From assembly GCA_043750125.1 (NCBI GenBank), contig JAYVCD010000307.1:1-28092 (forward strand): DNA of 28,092 bases, read 5' to 3'. Below, one piece after another: positions 8,299 to 17,308 of the stretch. The notes under the pieces are model-generated. The model had not been told where the DNA came from. It made no database searches and worked only from the letters and a program-made list of their open reading frames with translations. Position numbers and translations under genes: made by a program. This DNA comes from Archangiaceae bacterium (GTDB lineage Bacteria; Myxococcota; Myxococcia; Myxococcales; Myxococcaceae). The first letter of the stretch is position 1. Each line of letters begins with the position of its first letter.

Positions 8299-9647
8299 CC
8301 GCCCGCCCGAGCAAGGCTGCCACTGCGCTGCGCCCCCTGAAAGTCCCCGCCCAGGACGAGACGACGCTCGCCAACGGAATGAAGATCACCGTCGTTCCCC
8401 GCGGCCCGCTGCCGCTGGTTTCGGTGCGGCTCATCGTCCGGTCGGGTGCAGCCTTCGATGATCGCCAGGGCGTCGCCGACTTCACCGCCCGGCTGCTGCG
8501 CCGGGGGGCGGGCGGGATGACCGCTGACGAGATCAGCGAAGCGATCGAGTTCGTCGGCGCCAGCATCGGAGGCTGGGCCTCTGAAGACGCCTGGGGCATC
8601 GCGCTCAACACCCCTTCCAAGCACCTCGCCGCGATGATGCCGATCTTCGCCGCCCTGCTGCTCGAGCCCGAGTTTGCCGAACCCGAGGTCGAGCTGTTGC
8701 GCCGTCGGACCCTGGCCCAGATCACCAACGAGCTCGATGATCCCGGAGCGCTCGCCGATCGCGCCCTGCTCAAGGCCGTCTGGGACGGGCACCCCTACGG
8801 ACACGAAGTTTCCGGGTCGATGGGCGACATCCGGGCCCTGCAGCGAGAAGACCTGCGCAAGTACGTTCGGACTCACGTCGGCCCGAAGATCTCCCACCTC
8901 TTCCTCGTGGGCGACGTCCAGACCGACACCGTGATGCCGATGATTCACAAGCTGTTCGGCAGCTGGGCGGGAGGCCCTTCCGAGGCACCCATTCTGGCTC
9001 CCTGGGACAAGGCCGCCCTCGCCGGACAGGTAGTGATCGTCGACAAGCCCGAGCAGACCCAGGTCCAGCTGCGCATCGGCTCGCACGGGGTCAAGCGCGG
9101 GCACCCGGACCATTTCCCGCTGGCCGTGATGAGCACCGTGCTCGGAGGCGGCTTCACCTCGCGGCTCGTCACCGAGATTCGCGTCAAGCGAGGCCTGTCC
9201 TACGGAGCCGGCTGCCACTTCGACATGCTGAGCGCCGCGGGCGCCTTCACCGTCTCGTCGTTCACCAAGAACGAAACCATCGGCAGCCTGATCGACATCT
9301 CGCTCGCCGAAGTCGCCAAGATGCGCGCGAAGGGGCCCACCCCGAAGGAAGTTGCCACCGTGCAGCGCTACATCTCAGGGCTCTACCCGGCGAGGCTCGA
9401 GACCAACGACGCGATCGCGGGCGCCCTGTCCGACGTGGCGTTCTTTGGACTCTCGGGCGACTGGATCTCGCAGTACCGCGAGCGGATCTGCGCGGTGACC
9501 GCGAAGGCTGCGACCGACGCGGCGCGGGCCCACCTGTTCGACAAGGGCCAGGAAACGATCGTCCTCGTCGGCAACGCGGCGTTCTTGAAGCCGTTGGTCG
9601 GCAAGTACGGCCCGGTGAGAGTCTGGAAGCCCTCGCAGCTCGAGTGA
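8295..9647 (+). CDS. M16B peptidase, non-catalytic partner subunit
   Basis: M16 fold motifs (LANGMKI, HPYG, LGGGFTSRLVTEIRVKRGLSYG with the R/Y pair) but no HxxEH (GVADFTARLL at that position). SD GGAGG and ATGA overlap. Confidence 0.92.
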   Translation: MTARPSKAATALRPLKVPAQDETTLANGMKITVVPRGPLPLVSVRLIVRSGAAFDDRQGVADFTARLLRRGAGGMTADEISEAIEFVGASIGGWASEDAWGIALNTPSKHLAAMMPIFAALLLEPEFAEPEVELLRRRTLAQITNELDDPGALADRALLKAVWDGHPYGHEVSGSMGDIRALQREDLRKYVRTHVGPKISHLFLVGDVQTDTVMPMIHKLFGSWAGGPSEAPILAPWDKAALAGQVVIVDKPEQTQVQLRIGSHGVKRGHPDHFPLAVMSTVLGGGFTSRLVTEIRVKRGLSYGAGCHFDMLSAAGAFTVSSFTKNETIGSLIDISLAEVAKMRAKGPTPKEVATVQRYISGLYPARLETNDAIAGALSDVAFFGLSGDWISQYRERICAVTAKAATDAARAHLFDKGQETIVLVGNAAFLKPLVGKYGPVRVWKPSQLE

Positions 9648-10312
9648 CTTTCAAGATCCTCTACGAGCAGGCCGGCTTCCTCGCGATCGACAAGCCCGCT
9701 GGAGTTCCGGTCATCCCCGGGCGCGACGCCAACCCCGATTGCGTTCGCACCCGGCTGCAGGCCCAGCTGGGAAAGCCCGTCTGGGTCGTACATCGGCTCG
9801 ATCGCGACACCTCGGGCGTCTTGCTGTTCGCGCTCGATGCCCCCACCCATCGGACCCTCTCGATGGCCTTCGAGAATGGCCAGGTCGCCAAGCGCTACCT
9901 GGCGCTGGTCGAAGGGCGGGTGGAAGCCGCGGTACTCATCGATCGCCCTCTGGTCGAGGCCCGAAAGAGCCGAATGCGCGTCGCCCGCGAAGGTGAAGAA
10001 GGCAAGAGCGCCCAGACGCTGATCAAACCTCGAACGACTTTTGCACGCGCCAGCCTGGTCGAGGCCGAGCCGGTCACCGGGCGAACCCACCAGATCCGCG
10101 TTCACCTCCAGAGCATCGGGCACCCCCTGCTCTTCGATCATCAGTACGGGCGAAAGCTTTCCCTCACCCGGGCAGACCTGGGAGGGCAGGGCGACGCCCC
10201 GGTGCTCAGTCGCACTCCGCTGCACGCCGAATTGTTGAAGCTCGAGGGGATCGCAATTCAAGCCCCCCTTCCTGCAGATCTTGCGGCTGCGTTGGCGATC
10301 CTTTCCGGCTAA
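9644..10312 (+). CDS. RluA-family RNA pseudouridine synthase
   Basis: Motifs IDKPAG, VHRLDRDTSG (catalytic Asp), KRYLALV, TGRTHQIRVH, LHA. No S4 domain. GTGA overlap with the upstream gene. Confidence 0.95.
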   Translation: MTFKILYEQAGFLAIDKPAGVPVIPGRDANPDCVRTRLQAQLGKPVWVVHRLDRDTSGVLLFALDAPTHRTLSMAFENGQVAKRYLALVEGRVEAAVLIDRPLVEARKSRMRVAREGEEGKSAQTLIKPRTTFARASLVEAEPVTGRTHQIRVHLQSIGHPLLFDHQYGRKLSLTRADLGGQGDAPVLSRTPLHAELLKLEGIAIQAPLPADLAAALAILSG

Positions 10313-10316
10313 GGCA

Positions 10317-11393
10317 ATGAGGCAGATGACCCCTCCCCGGTTGGGCGCATTGGCGTGGGTCGCAATCGCACTGAGCGTCACCGCGCTCTTCACGCTCGCG
10401 CCACTGATGGTGCCGGTAATCTTCGCTGCCTGGACCGCGACCATCGCCCGCCCGTTGCTCGACCGCCTGGCCCGCGCAATGCGGGGTCGCAATACCGCCG
10501 CCGCAGTGCTGGTCATTGCGCTCATTTTGCTGGTGGTGGCGATTGCCAGCCTGCTGGTCGCCTCGGTCGTGTCGGGTTCCGGCGAGCTGTGGGACCTCGT
10601 CGCCCAATCCAAGAGCGCGCAGGCCGCGCTGGAAGCGATCGTGTCGCCAGGAACGGATTCCAACGGAGAAGCCTTCCGACTTCCGAAATCGATCGCCGAG
10701 ATGTTGCCCTGGCTCGAGGGCCACAGCGCCGATGCTTTTCGTTTGATCGGGGGCGTCGCCGGAGCGGCCGTGAAGTCGATCATCGGCTCGATCATCTTCT
10801 TCTTCGGGACCTGGACTTTTCTGGTCGACGGGCCCCGGGCCTGGACCTGGGCCCAGGCCCACCTGCCGCTGGCTCCCAACCACCTTCGGCGCATGGGGTC
10901 CTCTTTCACCGAGACCGGCCGCGGGTTGTTGATTGGGGTCGGGCTGACCAACGCGTCCCAGGCGCTGACGGCGATCATCGTCTACCTCGCGTTGGGAGTG
11001 CCCCGCGCCGTCGTGCTCGGCCTGCTCACCGGTCTGTCGGGGTTCGTTCCCATCGGAGGGACCGCGATCATCTGGGCCCCGGTGGCCGCGGGCCTGTACT
11101 TCACCGAGCACCCCGGGAAGGCCGCGGTGATGGTCGCGTTCGGGCTGGTGATCTCGACGATGGACAACGTGCTGCGGCCGATCTTCGCCCGCTACGGAAA
11201 GCTCGACCTTCCGGTGTTCCTGTTGTTCCTCTCGGTCTTCGGGGGACTTGCGGCCTGGGGCGTCTTCGGCGCGATCCTGGGGCCGCTGGTGACCCGGCTG
11301 GCGATCGAGGCGTTGTCGCTGGTGCGCGAAGAGCGCGAGGCCGAGAAGATTGCTGAGATCGGCGCTCCCCGCCCGCAGAGCACGCTGCCCTAA
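10317..11393 (+). CDS. AI-2E family transporter
   Basis: Multiple hydrophobic helices and family motifs FVPIGGTAIIWAP, DNVLRP, LSVFGGLAAWGVFGAILGP. Start is ATG 10317 or 10326. Confidence 0.92.
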   Translation: MRQMTPPRLGALAWVAIALSVTALFTLAPLMVPVIFAAWTATIARPLLDRLARAMRGRNTAAAVLVIALILLVVAIASLLVASVVSGSGELWDLVAQSKSAQAALEAIVSPGTDSNGEAFRLPKSIAEMLPWLEGHSADAFRLIGGVAGAAVKSIIGSIIFFFGTWTFLVDGPRAWTWAQAHLPLAPNHLRRMGSSFTETGRGLLIGVGLTNASQALTAIIVYLALGVPRAVVLGLLTGLSGFVPIGGTAIIWAPVAAGLYFTEHPGKAAVMVAFGLVISTMDNVLRPIFARYGKLDLPVFLLFLSVFGGLAAWGVFGAILGPLVTRLAIEALSLVREEREAEKIAEIGAPRPQSTLP

Positions 11394-12502
11394 AGCAACG
11401 AAGTCAGCTTGCCCAGCAACACCGGGTGTCGGGCTCCCGTCGCACTGGGAATGTTCTGCGGCGTCCTCGAGAGGTGCTCGGACGCCAGCAGGGCAAAGCA
11501 GGTCGCCTCTTTGGCGCCTTCCGGGAACCCGAGCGCATCGAGTTTTTCGACCGGCAGCGGCGCCATTCGCGCTTTCAGACCCGCGAGGATCAGCGGGTTG
11601 CGACAGCCTCCGCCCGACAACCAGATCCCCGAGATCTTTCGGCGCGGCAGCACCCACTGCTCGTAGGCCTGGGCCGTCGCTTCCACCGTAAACGCCACCA
11701 GCGTCGCGAGCAGATCGTGCGGGCGGTCTGAGAACTCTTTCCACAAGATGTTCGCCAGCGATTCGCCGAACTGGTCTCGCCCCGCGCTTCGGGGAGGCGG
11801 CCGTTTCAAAAACGGATGCCGGCACAACCGCTTGAGCAACGGCACGAGGACCTGCCCCTTCCGCGCCAGCTTCCCGTCGCGATCAAAGCCCATTCGGCCC
11901 CGGGTCAGCTTCCGCACCACCGCGTCGAGCAGCATGTTGCCCGGGCCGGTATCGAAGGCGAGCGTGTCTTCGAGCTTCGCCGACACCACCGAAACGTTGG
12001 CGATGCCTCCGATGTTCTGCAGCGCGCGCATCTGGCCCGCCTTTCGAAACAAGACCCAGTCGGCGTACGGCACCAGCGGCGCGCCTTCGCCTCCTGCCGC
12101 GACATCGCCGGTTCGAAAGTCGCTCACCACGTCGATTCCCGTCCGCTCGGCGATGACCGCCGCCTCGCCCAGCTGCATCGTCGCTCCGCGCAGGTGGGCG
12201 ACCGTCTGTCCGTGCGAGCCAATCACGTCGACCTGCGAGGGCTTCAAGTCGGCCAGCGCGATCGCCGTGAGTGCCGCTTCGGCAAACAGCTCGCCGAGCA
12301 CGAAGTTCAACGCACACAGCGCCCGGGCCGAATCGGCTGTCAGCACCCGCCGAACGATGCTGGGCGTGAAGGGCAGGGTGACGTGGCTGAGCAGCTCGAG
12401 CGCCACCGACGCGCCGGTTCCCGCGATGCGACACACCACGGCTTCGATCGCGTCGACGCTCGTCCCCGAGATGAGCCCCACCACCACCCGGCTTCGCCTC
12501 AC
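11390..12502 (-). CDS. anmK: Anhydro-N-acetylmuramic acid kinase
   Basis: GLISGTSVDAI, IGSHGQTV, SDFR..DVAAGGEGAPLVP, NIGGIAN, FDTGPGNMLLD, GGG.RN, KEA..FA, TGA. Confidence 0.96.
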   Translation of the reverse strand: MRRSRVVVGLISGTSVDAIEAVVCRIAGTGASVALELLSHVTLPFTPSIVRRVLTADSARALCALNFVLGELFAEAALTAIALADLKPSQVDVIGSHGQTVAHLRGATMQLGEAAVIAERTGIDVVSDFRTGDVAAGGEGAPLVPYADWVLFRKAGQMRALQNIGGIANVSVVSAKLEDTLAFDTGPGNMLLDAVVRKLTRGRMGFDRDGKLARKGQVLVPLLKRLCRHPFLKRPPPRSAGRDQFGESLANILWKEFSDRPHDLLATLVAFTVEATAQAYEQWVLPRRKISGIWLSGGGCRNPLILAGLKARMAPLPVEKLDALGFPEGAKEATCFALLASEHLSRTPQNIPSATGARHPVLLGKLTSLL

Positions 12503-12545
12503 GGCCCGGAAGCGTAGTCAAAAGAGCTGGAAATGCGAGGCACGC

Positions 12546-13343
12546 CTACTTCAGTGCCCCGGCCACGTCGCCCGCGGCCTCGAGCCGGCGCGTCGCTTCC
12601 ATCCGATCGACCCCGAGCAGGTCCGACACGATTCCCACCGCCCGATCGCGCAGCTTCGCATTCGTCGGTCGCAGCTTCGACATCCTGCCCGCTTCGACAT
12701 GGCCCAGCTTCACCATCGCCGCGGTCGACAGCGCGTTGAGCACCAGCTTCGTCGCGGTGCCTGCCTTCAGCCGCGTCGAGCCTGCGATCACCTCGGCTCC
12801 GGTGTCGGGGCAGATTCGCACATCGACGCTCACCTTCCGCGCCGCCTGCGGGTTGCAGCTGACCAACACCGTCTTCGCCCCGAGCACCCGCGCCTGTGCC
12901 AGCGCGGCCAGGACCCACGGGGTTCGCCCGCTGGCCGAGACCCCACACACCACGTCCTTCGCGCAGGCCCTTGCCGCTCGAATCGATCGCGTCCCGTCCG
13001 CGACATCGTCTTCCGCGCCTTCGATTGCACCCGTGAGCGCCTGGGGACCTCCGGCGATCAACGCCACCACCTGCCAGGCGGCCGTGCCGAAGGTCGGCGG
13101 GCACTCGGCCGCGTCGAGCGCGCCCAGTCGTCCGCTGGTCCCGGCTCCGATGTAGATCAGCCGGCCCCCGGCGCTCAAGGCCTGAGCAATCAGCTTCGCC
13201 GCTTTGGCGATCTGCGGCCGCACGCGCCCCACTGCTTTGACCGCCTTTTGATCTTCCAGGTGCAGCAGGTCGAGCACGCTGCGGATGCTCGAGCGCGCGC
13301 CCAGCCGCCGCCCTCGAGGGTGAACGCCTTCGGTCGTGCTCAT
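12546..13343 (-). CDS. murQ: N-acetylmuramic acid 6-phosphate etherase
   Basis: GGRLIYIGAGTSGRLGALDAAECPPTFG, EGAEDD, ASGRTP, GAEVIAGSTRLKAGTATKLVLN, NAKLRDRA. Adjacent to anmK. Confidence 0.96.
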   Translation of the reverse strand: MSTTEGVHPRGRRLGARSSIRSVLDLLHLEDQKAVKAVGRVRPQIAKAAKLIAQALSAGGRLIYIGAGTSGRLGALDAAECPPTFGTAAWQVVALIAGGPQALTGAIEGAEDDVADGTRSIRAARACAKDVVCGVSASGRTPWVLAALAQARVLGAKTVLVSCNPQAARKVSVDVRICPDTGAEVIAGSTRLKAGTATKLVLNALSTAAMVKLGHVEAGRMSKLRPTNAKLRDRAVGIVSDLLGVDRMEATRRLEAAGDVAGALK

Positions 13344-14851
13344 CGGCGCTTCAGCGGGTCGTTCTTCTTCAACGTCTCCTGAACCAACTTCGAGACCCGC
13401 AGCGCAGTGAGCACCTCGCCCTCGAACCCCAGCCCCGGCAGGACCTCTCGGCTGGCCAGGAACAGGTGTTTGGTGGGCGCCCGCGCCGGCAGCCCGGTCA
13501 CCCCCAGCACCGACTCTTCTTCAAAGGCCAGTCGGGGGTGGGGAAGCATTCGGCTGCCGCGAACCCCACTGGCGTGAAGGTAGGGCGCAGACTCGAGCAC
13601 CACCTTCGACTTCGAGAAGGGCATCAACAGCTCGAGCTGAGCCGACAATCGTTCCGCCAGCGTCTTCAGATGATCTTCTCCCAGCTCGCGAGCTGTCGCA
13701 GGCACGAACGCCGCGGCACAGACATTTCGCATCTCTTCGCCAGACACCTCGCCCGCTTTTTTCGTCGGCTGCACCTGCACCAACATCGGAGACAGCTCGG
13801 CGTCTTCCGATTCGCACAGCACCAATTCGCCCATTCCCCGGGGCAGCACCCGCTCGGGCAGCACCTGGTTGAGCGTGAAGAGAATCTGCTTGGTCTGCGC
13901 GCCATCGAGCATCTCGGACAGCTCGCGGTGCCGCTTCTTCTCGGGCAGCAGTCGGCGCAGGGCTCCCGCATCGGTGGCCCCCAGCACGCAGCCCGCCTTG
14001 TAGATGGTTTCGGACCGCACCAGCTTCAGCCCGATCAGCGCATTGCCTTCGAACGCAAACGCCTCGGCCACGGTCGATTCGTCGTGCAGCAAGACGTCGC
14101 CCCCGAGCTCTCGCAGCCGCCCGAGGAACACCTCACGCAGCCCTTCGCGCCCACCGGGAATCGTGTACAGCCCGGCCAGCGCCAGCGACAGCGGCCGCGT
14201 CCCCGCCAGCCCTTCGTCCGCCATCGCGTAGGTGAGAAAAGGGCTCAGGCCCTTCACCAGCTTTTCCAGCGGCTCGTCCGACAGACCGCTGGGCGTCTGC
14301 AGCGAGCCGTGGCGTTCTACCTGGCGGTTGAACTTGAACTTCCCAAACACGCCTTCCGGCGGCAGCTCGGGCTTCTCGCGCAAGAAGGGTTCACTGCGCT
14401 CGGCCGCGCCCGCCGCGCTCCCAAAGGCCGCCGAAAAAATGGGCCCCGCCTCGAGCCCCAGCGCGCGCTTCGCCTCGCTCGCCATCCGAGCCGCCTCTGG
14501 GTACACGTCCAGGCGCACCCCCGGGCGAACCAGCTGAAGCATCGGGCTCGCCAGACGCAGCGCGCGCTGCAGCGCGGTGGTGACGCCCAGCTCGGTGGCC
14601 ACCTCTTCCAGCGACGCCAACGCCTTCAGCGGAGGCATCACGAACGGCGCGTACGGCAGCGTCCACCCCTCGTGGAGGTAGCCGTTTCCGTTCCCATCGT
14701 GCTCGACGTACAGCACCTGGTACCCCCGGCGGGCGAGCAAGGCGGCGGCGATCGCTCCGGACAGCTGCCCTCCGACCACCGCCACGTCGTACACGTGCCG
14801 GGTCGGGCCGGTGTTGACCCGCGTCGCTTTCGGTTTTTGCGGAGCGGTCAT
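13340..14851 (-). CDS. FAD/NAD(P)-binding Rossmann-fold protein, phytoene-desaturase superfamily-like, with degenerate dinucleotide motifs
   Basis: N-terminal YDVAVVGGQLSGAIAAALLARRGYQVLYVE, central IPGGREGL..F...LRELGG, C-terminal HLFLAS..VLPGLG. ATGA overlaps at both ends (14848-14851 and 13340-13343). Confidence 0.8.
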   Translation of the reverse strand: MTAPQKPKATRVNTGPTRHVYDVAVVGGQLSGAIAAALLARRGYQVLYVEHDGNGNGYLHEGWTLPYAPFVMPPLKALASLEEVATELGVTTALQRALRLASPMLQLVRPGVRLDVYPEAARMASEAKRALGLEAGPIFSAAFGSAAGAAERSEPFLREKPELPPEGVFGKFKFNRQVERHGSLQTPSGLSDEPLEKLVKGLSPFLTYAMADEGLAGTRPLSLALAGLYTIPGGREGLREVFLGRLRELGGDVLLHDESTVAEAFAFEGNALIGLKLVRSETIYKAGCVLGATDAGALRRLLPEKKRHRELSEMLDGAQTKQILFTLNQVLPERVLPRGMGELVLCESEDAELSPMLVQVQPTKKAGEVSGEEMRNVCAAAFVPATARELGEDHLKTLAERLSAQLELLMPFSKSKVVLESAPYLHASGVRGSRMLPHPRLAFEEESVLGVTGLPARAPTKHLFLASREVLPGLGFEGEVLTALRVSKLVQETLKKNDPLKRR

Positions 14852-15447
14852 CGGCACGTCACCTTGCGCCCCTGAACCGAGATTCGACCCTCGGTGAACG
14901 CGGTCACGATCGCCGGAAACAGCCGGTGCTCTTCGACCTGAATTCGCGCCTGCAACCGGGCCTCGTCGTCCGTCTCGAGCACCGCCACCGCCGCCTGGGC
15001 GATGATCGGCCCGGTGTCCGTTCCTTCATCGACGAAGTGCACCGTACAGCCGGTGATCTTCACTCCGTGCTCGAGCGCCTGCCTCGCCGAATGCACGCCG
15101 GGGAACGCCGGCAGCAACGAAGGGTGAACGTTGATCACCGCCTTTGAGAACGCGGCGAGAAACCGCGCAGTCAGCAGACGCATGAACCCCGCCAGAGCGA
15201 CCAGCTGAACCTGACGTTTTTTCAGCTCGCCCACCAGCGCCTCGTCGTACGCCTCGCGCGAGCCGAAGGCCTTGTGATCCAACACCACCGCCTCGATTCC
15301 CGCCGCGCTCGCCCGCTCGAGACACTTCGCGCCCGGGACGTTGCAGATCAGCACCGCGATCTTCACCCCGGCGTCGATCAGCGCTTGAAAGTTCGACCCG
15401 CTGCCCGAGGCCAGCACCGCCACCCGCATCGCGCCCGCTTCGCTCAT
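14848..15447 (-). CDS. purN: Phosphoribosylglycinamide formyltransferase
   Basis: VAVLASGSGSNFQAL, LAGFMRLL, INVHPSLLPAFPG, TGCTVHFVDEGTDTGPII, EH. ATGA overlap with the purM stop. Confidence 0.97.
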   Translation of the reverse strand: MSEAGAMRVAVLASGSGSNFQALIDAGVKIAVLICNVPGAKCLERASAAGIEAVVLDHKAFGSREAYDEALVGELKKRQVQLVALAGFMRLLTARFLAAFSKAVINVHPSLLPAFPGVHSARQALEHGVKITGCTVHFVDEGTDTGPIIAQAAVAVLETDDEARLQARIQVEEHRLFPAIVTAFTEGRISVQGRKVTCR

Positions 15448-16481
15448 GCCTCGATGATCGCTTCGGCCGGCTCGCCGCTCACCCCTGCGCTGATCGCCCC
15501 CACAGCCCAGGCCTGCGCTCCTCGCGATGCCAGCAGCTTCAGCGCGGGCTCTGCGTCCGCCTTCGCCACGACGACGCACATTCCCAGACCCATGTTGAAC
15601 GTGCTGAACATCTCAGCGCGATCGACCTCGCCCAGCCGCTGCAGCACATCGAACACCGGCGGCCGGCGCCACGTCTTTTCGGACAGCACCGCCCGAACCC
15701 CATCGGGAAGGCAGCGGGGAAGATTTCCGGGGATCCCACTGCCGGTGATGTGGGCCAGGCCTTTGAGCGGCACTGCGCTCTTCAAGGCCAGAACGTCTTT
15801 GACGTAGATGCGGGTCGGAGTCAGCAGCACCTGCCCAATCGCGCCCTCGAGGCCTTCGACCCGATCGACGTACTTGATCGCCGCGTCCTCGATCACCTTT
15901 CGAGCCAGGGAATACCCGTTCGAGTGCAGGCCGCTGGACGCGATTCCAATCACCACGTCCGACGGAATGATCTTCGTCCCATCGATGATCTCGCTCTTCT
16001 CGACCACCGCGGTGCAGAACCCGGCCAGCTCGTATTCCCCCGGAGCGTAGAAGCCCGGCAGCTCGGCCGTCTCGCCTCCGAGCAACGTGCACCCCGCCTG
16101 GACGCAGCCTTCGGCGATGCCCGCGATCACCCGGGCCGCGCGGTCCACATCCAGCCGGGCCGTCGCGAAGTAATCGAGGAAAAACAGGGGCTCGGCGCCG
16201 CAGGTCAGCACGTCATTGACCGACATCGCGACCAGGTCGATTCCCACCGTGTCGTGGATGTCGAGCGCGAAGGCGAGCTTGAGCTTGGTCCCGACTCCAT
16301 CGGTGCCCGAGACCAACACCGGCTCGCGGTAGCCCTTGGGCAACGCGAACATCCCGCCGAAGCCCCCGACTCCACTCAACACCTCGGCGCGACGGCTGCG
16401 AGCGGCGAAGGGCTTGATCCGCTCGACCAAAGCGTCGCCCGCTTCGATGTCGACGCCCGCCTGTTTGTAGGTGGTGCCCAC
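15444..16481 (-). CDS. purM: Phosphoribosylformylglycinamidine cyclo-ligase (AIR synthetase)
   Basis: TYKQAGVDI, GGFGG, SGTDGVGTK, DLVAMSVND, GAEPLFFLDY, GGETAELPG, SSGLHSNGYSL, HITGSG, TFNMGLG. Confidence 0.98.
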   Translation of the reverse strand: MGTTYKQAGVDIEAGDALVERIKPFAARSRRAEVLSGVGGFGGMFALPKGYREPVLVSGTDGVGTKLKLAFALDIHDTVGIDLVAMSVNDVLTCGAEPLFFLDYFATARLDVDRAARVIAGIAEGCVQAGCTLLGGETAELPGFYAPGEYELAGFCTAVVEKSEIIDGTKIIPSDVVIGIASSGLHSNGYSLARKVIEDAAIKYVDRVEGLEGAIGQVLLTPTRIYVKDVLALKSAVPLKGLAHITGSGIPGNLPRCLPDGVRAVLSEKTWRRPPVFDVLQRLGEVDRAEMFSTFNMGLGMCVVVAKADAEPALKLLASRGAQAWAVGAISAGVSGEPAEAIIEA

Positions 16482-16605
16482 GCGGGGGCTTCTACCGACT
16501 TCGCCTACGTTCGTATCGGGAAATCACTCGTCGGCGTCCCCCCGCATCACAGAAGCAGGCGGCAATCGAACAGCCGTGCCAAGCTACGGCCTGCTACAGA
16601 AGTTG

Positions 16606-16644
16606 TTTCGCGAAATTGACCGGCTGTCGAAGCGAAGCTAACAA
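16606..16644 (+). promoter_or_regulatory. Candidate sigma70 promoter of the Crp-PDE-udk unit with an abutting palindrome
   Basis: TTGACC (16616-16621), 17 nt spacer, weak -10 TAACAA (16639-16644). Perfect palindrome TTTCGCGAAA at 16606-16615 directly upstream. Confidence 0.4.
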
Positions 16645-16656
16645 CTGAGCACCCGC

Positions 16657-17307
16657 ATGGGCGCCGAAGAAACCCTCTTTCAGAAATTTGGAAAGGAACA
16701 GCCGAAAGGCACCGTTCTGTTTCGCGAGGGCGACCTCGGGAAGGAGATGTTCGTCCTTCAGTCCGGAAAGGTCGCGATCGCCAAGAAGGTCCGCGACGTA
16801 GAGAAGATCCTCGCCGTCCTCGGGCCGGGCGAATTTTTCGGAGAGATGGCGATCATCTCGAACAAGCCCCGCAACGCCTCGGCCATCGTGGAGGAAGACG
16901 CCAAGCTGCTGGTGATCGACCCCCGCACCTTCGAGGGCATGATCCGCGGCAATTCCGAGATTGCCGTCCGGATGATCAAGAAGCTCGCCGAACGGCTGTC
17001 GGACGCCGACGCGCAGATCGAGAACCTGTTGCTGGGCGACCCTTCCAGTCGCGTCATTCACCACATCCTCAACGTCTGCCAGACCCGCGGACGCCCGGGC
17101 GAAGAGGGAATCGAGATCGACTTTCCGATCAAGGACCTGCCGCGCGAGCTGGGCGTCGGGGAACCCGCGATTCGCTACATGCTCCACCGCCTCGAGCGCT
17201 CGGGCCTGATCGATTCTGCCGGCGATCGCCTCACCGTGCGCGACACCGCCCGGCTGTTCGACTTCCTGCGCTACCTCGAAATGAAGTGGAAGTTCGGAGA
17301 CCTCTAA
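16657..17307 (+). CDS. Crp/Fnr-family transcriptional regulator (cNMP-binding domain + winged HTH)
   Basis: LFREGD, LQSGKV, phosphate-binding cassette LGPGEFFGEMAIISNKPRNASA, C-helix LAERL, and C-terminal wHTH DLPRELGVGEPAIRYMLHRLERSGLI. Confidence 0.92.
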   Translation: MGAEETLFQKFGKEQPKGTVLFREGDLGKEMFVLQSGKVAIAKKVRDVEKILAVLGPGEFFGEMAIISNKPRNASAIVEEDAKLLVIDPRTFEGMIRGNSEIAVRMIKKLAERLSDADAQIENLLLGDPSSRVIHHILNVCQTRGRPGEEGIEIDFPIKDLPRELGVGEPAIRYMLHRLERSGLIDSAGDRLTVRDTARLFDFLRYLEMKWKFGDL

Positions 17308-17308
17308 A

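Noticed and set aside
6943..9647. M16 pair plus PQQ-like propeller as a PQQ/RiPP maturation system (PqqF/G-like)
   Set aside because: No precursor peptide, radical SAM or PqqB-E genes are present. Tandem active/inactive M16B subunits are common, and the propeller gene is 11 kb away.
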